NCBI GenBank assembly: GCA_964016885.1
Contig: OZ024740.1
Location: forward strand, 346,518,001-346,582,000
Source: Eledone cirrhosa
Taxonomy: Eukaryota
DNA length: 64,000 nt
Direction: 5' to 3'
The translations under genes and the position numbers were made by a program. The notes beneath the pieces are model-generated. The model was given only the letters and a program-made list of their open reading frames with translations. It searched no databases and had not been told where the DNA came from. The stretch's first letter is position 1. The number at the start of each line of letters is the position of its first letter. Of the stretch, positions 54,195-64,000 are shown in pieces.

Positions 54195-54530
54195 ATATGT
54201 GTGTGTAACTGTGTGTGTATAAGTGTAAGTGTGTATATGTGTGAGTGTGTGTGTGTGTGAAAGATAGTGGGCTGTAGAAGCTGGAAATCAAAGGGTGTGA
54301 AAGGTGGTAGGTTGTAAAACATGTGTGCGTGTATAAATATAGATGTGTGTGTGTAAGCGTATGGGTATACATGTGTGTGTAACTGTGTGTGTATATGTGT
54401 GAGTGCGTGTGTGTGTGAAAGATAGTGGGCTGTAGAAGCTGGAAATCAAAGGGTGTGAAAGGTGGTAGGTTGTAAAAACATGTGTGCGTGTATAAATATA
54501 GATGTGTGTGTGTAAGCGTATGGGTATGCA
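54195..54530. repeat. ~160-bp tandem duplication in the Penelope 3'UTR
   Basis: aagatagtgggctgtagaagctggaaatcaaagggtgtgaaaggtggtaggttgtaaaa at 54261 and 54419. Confidence 0.88.
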
Positions 54531-54585
54531 TATACGTGCGTGTGTGTGAAGATAGCAGGCCGTAGGCTGTGAATGGTCACTATTC

Positions 54586-55611
54586 TTAAGTTAGCCATGT
54601 CAGCTCATTTCTCTCAGCCCGGTTGTTAAGTGGGGGTCTGAGGTTCTTAATAACAAGTGCTTCCTTTATTCTTAAGGATCCGATGCTGCGTTCAGTCGCT
54701 AGGACTGTGACCAAGGGTCTACCCTGTGGGTTTCCGCATTTAAGGATGTGTTTACGGAAGGAAGATGCGTTGGTGTTGATATGTTCCTTGATACGAACAT
54801 GTAGGGGTCGGATGGTGCTACCTATGTAAAACTTGTTACATTTATCGCATTGAATCTTATATACGACATAGGTACGTAGGCAATCTGCCCCCCGTATCGG
54901 GCAGTTGCTGAGGGAACACGTCCCATCTGACTCGTCGGGTTTGTTGGAGAGGCATCTTTGCAGCGAAGGTCCTGTGTGGGCCAAATGTATGTCAAGTCCC
55001 TCCGTCCGTATGGCCCTGCGGATGGCGTTCGTGGTATATTCACTCAGGTGGGGGATTTTAAAGAAGCACCTGCTTTTATTTAAGTTTCTAGTGGGTGTCT
55101 GTCTATTGGGTCTGGGGTCTCTAATTCCGTTAATCAGTCGCTTGGGATAACCATTAGATCTGAGTAGATTACGGAATTGCGTGGTATGGGTGAGACCACC
55201 CATCGAGTCGCTGCATCTGTTAGTGATCCGTGTCAGTTCATTTAGGACATAGCCTCTCTTAGCGTTGTTGGGGAGGGCTGAGTTATAATGCACGAATAAG
55301 TCCTTGCACGCTGCTTTGCGGTAGAAGGTGGTGTTTATGTCTCCTTCTTCCGAGATGTTGATACGGAAGTCGAGGAGGGCGAGTGACCCGTCTTCTCCTG
55401 GGTATTCGATGGTGAAATCGATGTGATGGTCAGTATCGTTGAAGATTTGGTGAATTTCATTCGCCATCTCCCGGGAAGAAGTAAGTATCAGGATGTCATC
55501 AACGTATCTGGAGTAGAAGGCGACGGCGTTGGGTTGGCAGGTATTGAGTGCCTTGCGTGCCAGGTGGTCCATGTACGAGATCGCAAGTATGCCGGACAGA
55601 CTAGAGCCCAT
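54586..55611 (-). CDS. Penelope-like polyprotein, partial (RT C-terminal half, thumb, GIY-YIG endonuclease), 341 aa open
   Basis: MGSSLSGILA, YSRYVDDIL, FTIE, LLDFRI, FYRK, NGYP, VVYKIQCDKCNKFYIGST..RIKEH, IKEALVI..PPLN. Confidence 0.92.
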   Translation of the reverse strand: MGSSLSGILAISYMDHLARKALNTCQPNAVAFYSRYVDDILILTSSREMANEIHQIFNDTDHHIDFTIEYPGEDGSLALLDFRINISEEGDINTTFYRKAACKDLFVHYNSALPNNAKRGYVLNELTRITNRCSDSMGGLTHTTQFRNLLRSNGYPKRLINGIRDPRPNRQTPTRNLNKSRCFFKIPHLSEYTTNAIRRAIRTEGLDIHLAHTGPSLQRCLSNKPDESDGTCSLSNCPIRGADCLRTYVVYKIQCDKCNKFYIGSTIRPLHVRIKEHINTNASSFRKHILKCGNPQGRPLVTVLATERSIGSLRIKEALVIKNLRPPLNNRAERNELTWLT

Positions 55612-58600
55612 TACTGAGGAGGGCAGGACATGATATTCCTACACTTATTTAACTTGAAACATATTTGGATCTTAAAGTTTAAACTTATCTACGGAACAGG
55701 TTTGATTTTGAAATTTAAATGTGTCTAAACATCACGGCCTCTTGGCAATACAGTTCGCCTTCGTTGATTTATTATTTTAAATCGATATGGACAAACTGTA
55801 GTATAATAATTAGTATACTTCAATCTGGCTAAATTTTTCTTTTGCAATATATATACAGATGTGTTGGTATCTGTGTTTCATCACATACATATTAATTTAT
55901 ACACTGCTCAGGGGGTATTTTCCTCCTTCGAGCTGATTCCATTGTAAAAGAATTCATTACCTTATTAATATATATATATATATATATATTCATATATATA
56001 TATATATACATATATAAGATTACCGATGGAAAGTTACTGTTTTTGGCGGTTAATGACTACTTCCCTGTTCGCCTATTACGATATTTGAGAAAATAAAATA
56101 TCAGAAATACTTGTATATGATTGAAAGCATGTGTCCAGTAGTGTATGGTGTGTGGTAAATGTATATAAAACAATATATCATTGAAAGTGTATAGGTTGTG
56201 TCCCTTCAAATTAAAAAAAGAACAAAAGTGGTAAACTATCTTCTTATGAACCGAGATACATATATATAGGAAATATGGTTTGAGCAAATGTTAAAAAGCT
56301 TAAAGGTGACAGAAATCTGTTTCATGTACGCACTAAGTCAGGGTATGTCAAGCAAAATTGTTAAAGTTGACACTTCACGCCAATTTCCATTGGTAGTGTA
56401 GCGAAGCATGCACACTTCGTTTTCAATATGTCATCAATCTGCAGGCACTCCGATTGTCACGTATAAAGGTTATTCTGTGTATATCTCATATATAATAGTG
56501 AATGTAAGTCATTCGTCACACATGTTGAATTCAGTGAAGAATAATACTTAAGAACCACCCACACCTAACGGATAAAACATTTACTCTCCCTCTTCATTAT
56601 GGCGAGCAAATTTAAAATAAATATTACTAATGAATCGAGCCTATTACGTGACATTCGTCAATCCACAATAACAGCTTTTAGAAATACCAGCAAACGAATG
56701 TGTCCCTGAGAATTCACTCGATCTGCCCTATATAGCAGCCGCAGCCAAATATCATGCCAAATTAATGTGGTTCCTTATAAATGAATAACAAATTAGATAG
56801 TGTAGATACAGTTAGAATTTAACTGAACATAGGCTAATGTAATTATACGTGGAACGGTTCTAAATATATGACTGAACAGTCATCGTTAATCAAGGACTAA
56901 ATAGTAAGTTGTTATTGAATAATACCCACCCCACGATCAACAATATTTTTACGGCAATTGCAACTCCAGATTCAAGTCATCTGCTACTTCTCTCACTACC
57001 ATCGTCATCTCTTCGTGGTGGTTCAACTTGTAAACATTATCAGTTAAATACACGTTACATTTAAGTAATGACACTTTGTTCTATTTAGTTCTTTTAAATC
57101 GCAATATATTATTGACATTAAGGAAGCCTATGAGCTTACCTCTACTCGGTCATATGTGATCTGGGACTAGATAACAAAATCTAAGATCGTAGCGACAAGC
57201 CCTATCTACTCAGTACCAAAGCAAATACATAACGTATGAACAATCTTTAGATATTAGCTTCATCAGAAAATGTTAAAATCACAGAATCTACTGCAAAAGC
57301 CAACCGAATTTATCTTTTTTAGGAACACAATCAATTCAAAGAGTTTATAGAAGTCCAAGATCATTAGAAACACTGCCAAATGATTATACTCATCATTATC
57401 ATCACTGTTATAATAAACCACCTACCAAACTAACAGTCGATGAAAGTGAGAGTATACCATATGAAAATATAACAATAATATGGAGCAACCTAGAAATCCC
57501 CTATATGGTTACATGGCCTGTTTAATATAGCAGCAATAAATCTGCAAAGCTTTAAAAAGAAAGCACATTCAAAAAGCTAATACTATGTGCATTATGCGTA
57601 AATAAAACAACAAAAAGAATAACTGCTGAATCAAGAAAAATATCAAAGACAATAACGAAATCAATAACAACGACAAGGCTGCTTTTAACAAACAAACTAG
57701 CCATGTTTCGATTTTACTATATATAAATTTATCAATGAAAGATAGTCGCCGTGTCAAAGTAGCAATAAGTATATCATTATAGCTTGTGTCATAACGAAAA
57801 AATATATCACAGCCACTTTTCAAATAAAATGTAATAATTATTGTTAGAGTAAGCATAGTTTATGCAGGGAATTAAATTCCTACTAACAGAACATGTCTTG
57901 CATATAACCATTAATAGCATAGCTCATTGGAAAGGCATGCTTATAAATGTGGTAATTAATAACATCTCAATACTCTCAGGTATTACACAATATAATAAAA
58001 TAATTTCCTTTTTCTTGTCTATTAGTTTATGTTTATCGTTGAAGTTCTGGACGTACGGGCGTGTGTAACCTTAATTATATAATTGGAACACAAGATAGGA
58101 TGTAGTTTTCAAAATGTTGAGTTGCTGTATTTTCGTGTGACAGGATTTCATATCTAATGTCTATCGTAGTAAATTATTGTTGTTTTAGCTCCATTTTAAA
58201 TTTAAGTTGATGATGACGACATGAATTTATCCCGCTGTTAAATCAGATGATGTGACAGAAGATTAAGGCTTTTCTGCATTCATCCAGTCAATTAGACAGT
58301 GAAATATTCACAGCAAGCTATCAGCAAGTATAGACACATAGACTCTAAATTGTTATATGTATTGTGTAATAGCATATGTGCTCTATTCTCGTAACTGCTG
58401 AGGTGTTACCACCAGCTTACTATAATGATTGCACGTCAAATATCTTCAGCTTATGATGAACAAAATATTATCTAATCATGTATTCGGATTCATTGTTCAA
58501 TAATATATAGTTTCCGATTTTAAAACTAGCAGAGTGTGATTTAAGAGATATTTGACCGCTAGGTATATCATGTTGAGCAACCGGGTAGAACTTCGGTCGT

Positions 58601-58998
58601 TGGATCGTAATGAAACACGAAAGATACAAACAATTTGATTGCTTTAGCACAGGTATGCACAAGTATACTTTTAAAATATGCCTCATTCGAAATTTTAATG
58701 ACTTTCAGATTACAAACTCAAAGAAATAGAATGGAAAATTTTAATTCGCCCAAGAACACAATGGGTAGTTTCATATATTTTTATATTCCAGTAGTAGCAA
58801 TTTTAATGTCGCTTCATATTAACCCTAGAGAAGGCTACACAACGTCATATATATATGCATTACTTAATATATTACGCTTTTGTATGTTGGTCTTCGTTGA
58901 CAGATTTACTTGCAATAAGATATATTTGAGACAGGTATTGGATAAATAGATATTTACATCTGCCTCACATAACTTGAAAAATACCAACTGTTCTATTC

Positions 58999-59189
58999 AA
59001 TAATTGTTTCTACGTTTGGCACAATGCCAGCAATTATCCCAGTGCCTTACTGGTGCTTTCTTTTATCGACCCCGTAAGCATCAAAGGCAACTTTAACCTC
59101 GGTGGCATTTGAAGACAGACAGTAAAGGACTGTAACTCTATGTTTCAAAGCATGGCGTCCGGCCCTCTACCGATACTGCCAATCTACCA
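58999..59189 (-). mobile_element. tRNA-derived SINE, full length, diverged
   Basis: Consensus match. Confidence 0.87.
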
Positions 59190-60945
59190 TATTGTGTTAT
59201 TGTTTCCAATGCATACTCTAGGTATCTATGTTGAAATCATATTTTTGTCGTTACTGAACATATTCAAAGTACAGTATGATATATGTAATAGATGGAACAA
59301 GGAAATTCACATTTACAATCGTTAGTGAATTGTATACATTTTCAGAAAACCTCTAACTCGGTAACGTTATATTTCTGTTTAGATTACAGGGACAGCAATC
59401 AAGTTAAATCTGTCTATCGGGGGCCCTCGTATAGTTTTATATTGACTTGGTAATATAAATTATAAATGCAATGAATATCAATTATAAATGCAATGAAATG
59501 CATTGAAAATAAAATTTAAGAGATAAAATTGATTTTCTTTTTCCAGATATGTCTCAAAGAAAGCTGATTTCTATTAATACAGCAGTGGCTATATGTATTT
59601 GAGCATATGCATGAGTGGAGGCACATTCGTGTACTATATCCTCATTTGCATTCATCAGCAAGAGTTTAATTTATGCACTATATGAGACAAAGATCGTCAT
59701 ACGTAACACTGAAACATACCGGTGGCTAGGATTTATAATTACCTACTTAGAATAAAAAATATTTAAGGTTATAAGTTCCTAGATAACCAGTTAATAGGGC
59801 ATTTTCTTTCTGATAATTATGGCTTATATCCTCCAGCAAAGAAGTGTATTCTATATACCCCACTTACCTCAACACATGGCTTTTATACACTGCGGGCCCG
59901 TGATGCAAATGCTGCGGGTCATGGAATATTATTTTTTCATTAAATTGATATGTAAGGAGTAGTAGCAAGACTATTCGTGGCAATTTCTTTCTCAAATAAA
60001 TCTTCTCTCGTGAATTTTACATAGTTTCATTAAAATGTCCTCAAAATACTGAACAACCCTTTACTATTAGAGTAATGTATTGTTCTTTATCTCTTTTCAT
60101 TGACTTGCAATGACTTGTACTGCGTGTGAAACGTTCTCTCTCCTTCTATCTTTCCCTTTCTCTCACTTCCTTTTTCTCTCACTCTCTGTGTATGTTCGTG
60201 TGCGAGTGTTCATGCGTGTTTTGAGTGTCGTTCACTTATAAGTTTCCGTAGCAGATTGATAGATATAATTTTGAAAATGTTTTAAATGATTTGATATTTT
60301 TATCAATATTATATTTGAGGAATACTTTGTTAATGTCTTTAAAAGACCATGACAGATGTAATGATAACAAATTACCCAAATTCCCTTTAAGTTAAAAAAA
60401 ATATAGTAAAAACCAAATTAAACTCTATATAGACATGATTCAATAACTTAAATAACAAAACACTATATATTTACTATGTTCTTTTCGTATATTACATTAT
60501 AAATTTGAAACGTATATCATACCATTTGCCATATGATAATAATATGAATTCTAATAATTCATTTCCTTTGAAACGCTGAATATGCATGTAGTATATAGCA
60601 TGAAATATTTGTTTAAAATATATTTACAAGCATTATCATTTTGATTAGTATAACATGGAATACAATGGCTAGAACATCCTGCATTTCGTCCTATGAAATG
60701 ATTCAAAATTCGACATTTCTGTTATCATCTTGTTGTAAACACTACTCTTTAAAATATTTTAACAATTGGAATAAATATCATTGGAAATATATATTTAAGA
60801 CGTTTAAAACCTACTTTGTTTGATCAAAGAACTTGGTAATGTAGTAATAATTAGCAATGACAGTGATATACAATGCAATAGTTAACCTAAGCAAACCACA
60901 TCGTACTTCATATCTTTCTGTGTATTATGATCCATAATACTCGCG

Positions 60946-60998
<53 letters not shown>

Positions 60999-62342
60999 TA
61001 AAGAAGTTTATGTAAAGGTCTTTTGTATAAGAATGCAGGAGGTAGTTATAGAATTAAATTCAGTACACCAGCAATTATTTTTCCGCATTGCAAATAGTTT
61101 ATGAAAGACAGTATTTATTATGCAACCTCAAAACAGTGAAAACAAGAAAGAGCTGCTGCACATCTTCAAAGAAGAATGGCGCATTTTTGTTGTTTAATAT
61201 CTATTAGATTAATCTAAATCGCAGTGTTCTCACTAACATCTGAGGCAGTTATTTGAGACAAAACAATGCACACAAGTGAAAAAAATATCCGAAGAACTCA
61301 AATGTTGTGGCTATACACGAACATTCTTGACCTCTTGGCATTGAGTAGTTTCGCAACATTCTCTACGGTTTCTTACAAATAAGCTGTCTCTTCAAACTAC
61401 CTCTACTATATTAGTCTTTCTTCCTCAGAGATAGCCACCTTAAAATAAAATAACTCAGTAATTTGCTTACATTTCAACACATAAATTTAGTTTCATCTCT
61501 AATGCTGCAGAATAGCACTTCTCTCATGAATCCTCTCTATCATCCACTAAATAGTCTGGGATTTCATCCCTGCCTATATTTTCCTCTGGTTGTTATCGAC
61601 TTCCACAATTCAAATACATCAATTACATCAATTTCATAGGTTAAGCTTTTCGTGAAGTAGTGATAATTACCCCCTTTATCCCAAGATTAAATAATATTAA
61701 AAGAAAGTATCATGTGCTCATCCCATTCCTAAGATTGTTATCTGAAGAGCACACGGAAACAGAAGCTAACTACAAATGGAAACCAATCCATGTACGACAA
61801 CGTCACGTTAGGAAATGAAAGTTTGTCGTGAAACAGACTTTCACGATTTGCTTTAAGGAGAAAGAATTGTCAGAATTAGCATTCCGTATGTATGCAGATA
61901 TAATATTCCTGTCCATGACTAAACATCTTTGTGGACTTGATAGATATTGCAGTGAAATTAAATATTTATATATTTTCTTCTAGTTACTAAATGTGATATT
62001 GTCAGATTTCGAGATGTTTTCAAGGAAACGGGCTTCCAGTTGCAAAGCAAGGCTAACATTCAGGGATGAAGGAGATGATGTATATTCGGCTATATTTGTA
62101 CAGCATAGCCCCGCTCGCCTTGGTAGATCTAGATTTGCGTGTCTGGCTACAGCTAACTTCGATGTCGGTGGACATAACCCTATTCTCCTCGGTAGTTCTA
62201 GCTTTGTGTGTCTGGCTATAACTAACTTCGGCTTCGCAGTACAAATAACACACAATGACACACAAAAAAAACATTAGGACTGATGTCATCTAATTATTTA
62301 TTTGGTAATCTCTTGATTTATTGTCTTAGATGCACAAATGAA

Positions 62343-62362
62343 ACTACTACTACTACTACTAT

Positions 62363-62397
<35 letters not shown>

Positions 62398-62405
62398 ATA
62401 ATAAT
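62343..62405. repeat. (ACT)n microsatellite
   Basis: Direct observation. Confidence 0.93.
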
Positions 62406-62879
62406 ACTTATTTTTGCAATCTCATTTTAATCGAACAACACCGTATCGAGGGTGTTTTTTTTTACCGTATCACTCTGAGAATTACGCTAGGTGTGTTTAT
62501 TTAAATTTCAAATACATACATGTTATTTCTACGAATAGGCCGACAACAGGGTGATGCGCATCACCGAATCCAAAGAAGTCCATGGTGAAACTTTTGTTGA
62601 GCTTAGTGAGATAAAAACAATAGACTGAGATATATACTAGAAAAAATGTGTCTCAGATGATTGATCCAGGGAGCTGCCTGAACAAAGGAAAAACATGTAC
62701 GAAACTATTACATTGAAAGACATGTATACCCTTAACGTAATTTGCTGATTCGATAGGGCAGATTATGAGGCGAGATTGGCCATTTAAATTTTTGATAGAA
62801 TCTATCCGGTGGTGTTCCGGTCAGATTGCGTCTACACCTCGTGTTGATAGGAGACAAAGGCAGAAACAACACATATCCA

Positions 62880-63072
62880 TAATTGTTTCTACTGTTGGTA
62901 CAAGACCAGCAATTACCTCAGTGCATTACTGGTGCTTTATTTTAGCGACCCTGTACGGATGAAAGGCAAAAATTAACCTAAGCGCGATTTGAACTCAGAC
63001 CGTAATGGTCCGTAGTTCTGTGCTGCAAATCATGGCGTCCGAGCCTCCACCAATACTGCCAATCCACCGCCC
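62880..63072 (-). mobile_element. tRNA-derived SINE, full length, with TSD
   Basis: Consensus match; CATATCCATA at 62872-62881 and 63073-63082. Confidence 0.9.
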
Positions 63073-63196
63073 CATATCCATATTACGGTGCAGTTTGGTC
63101 GAACAGCGGCACTTATACTTGCAATTCAAATTTCTTAAATAATCCGGCATAGTGTTTTCACAGCAATGTGAAATATAACCAATGATAATAGGAAAG

Positions 63197-63292
63197 AAAA
63201 AGAAGAAGAAGAAGAAGAAGAAGAAGAAGAAGAAGAAGAAGAAGAAGAAGAAGAAGAAGAAGAAGAAGAAGAAGAAGAAGAAGAAGAAGAAG
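63197..63292. repeat. (GAA)n microsatellite
   Basis: Direct observation. Confidence 0.98.
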
Positions 63293-63872
63293 GGAAAATC
63301 TCACAAAGAAATGATGATGAAAAATAATAAATATTCAGCGTACGTCACTTTTCAGATGTGCTCGCTCTTTGTTTATTGTCGGTTGCACTGGGACAGTGTA
63401 GATTTCGTGGATATTCGACTCAGCTTCCAACTGTAATCAGTCTCGCTTAGTTGAATAAACGATTACAAGACGTTTGGCGTCAGTAAATGATACCTTTCTC
63501 TCTTTCCTTTACCCTTGCTGTTTATATGTTTTCTACATTATTGTGTTGTTTTATTGTTTGTTTTGTTTCTAAGTGGCTACTATAATCGGTGACACGTTTG
63601 TTTAACTTTAACGGAAGCTCGTCTTCGTATACCGGAAGTAAAAAACGTGATTTCAAGTGGATTGAAAAGTTTGCTGTTGTGGAGAAAATATTTTCATGTG
63701 CTTTGTTAATACAAACAGCGATCTAGCTCTGAAATGATAACCTCCAAAAGATGCAAGATTCTGTGAATTGAATCTGACTAAAAACATGTCATGGAAACGA
63801 AAATTCGTAAATCGCACATTGTACAGTAAAGGGAAATAGAAAAGCCATCAAATGCATTATGTTGGCGAATAT

Positions 63873-63912
<40 letters not shown>

Positions 63913-63913
63913 A

Positions 63914-63947
<34 letters not shown>

Positions 63948-64000
63948 CGCGTGTGTGTGTACAAACATTACATATATATATATTTACACATAAATATATG

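Larger units (their letters stand above)
52413..55620 (-). mobile_element. Penelope-like element (5'-truncated ORF, long 3'UTR, pLTR with HHR, downstream extension)
   Basis: RT and GIY-YIG ORF; HHR motifs at 53650-53704 and 53948-53979; AATAAA after the HHR; lower boundary approximate. Confidence 0.8.

Noticed and set aside
59865-59930. hAT/MITE-like terminal sequence (ctgcgggcccgtg..gctgcggg); similar at 42245-42330
   Set aside because: No matching second TIR or TSD could be found.
63182-63436. Poly-Lys ORF
   Set aside because: It is a (GAA)n microsatellite.

Overview
AT-rich, microsatellite-saturated animal genomic DNA with one 200-N gap; the SINE family and repeat landscape suggest an octopus or other cephalopod (inference). 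No host protein-coding gene can be supported, and most ORF-track hits are (TA)n/(AAT)n artefacts. The window has two retroelement landscapes. (1) 2.4-15.9 kb is a head-to-tail pile-up of (AAT)n-associated non-LTR elements: three R4/Dong-like REL-endonuclease pieces on + and four Tx1-like pieces on -, including a full-length decayed copy and an EN/RT-deleted derivative, plus a tRNA-SINE. (2) 18-54 kb holds about a dozen families of short non-coding units embedded in (TA)n/(CA)n tracts. Many carry type-I hammerhead ribozyme (HHR) motifs and form asymmetric fold-back palindromes. One family is directly homologous to the pseudo-LTR of a Penelope-like element (RT+GIY-YIG) at 52.4-55.6 kb. HHR evidence includes helix-II covariation between copies and a U3-A8 core variant. 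The window also has RTE fragments (one twin-primed, one RT-deleted) and about ten tRNA-SINE copies, three of them nested. Boundaries were read by eye and are approximate.
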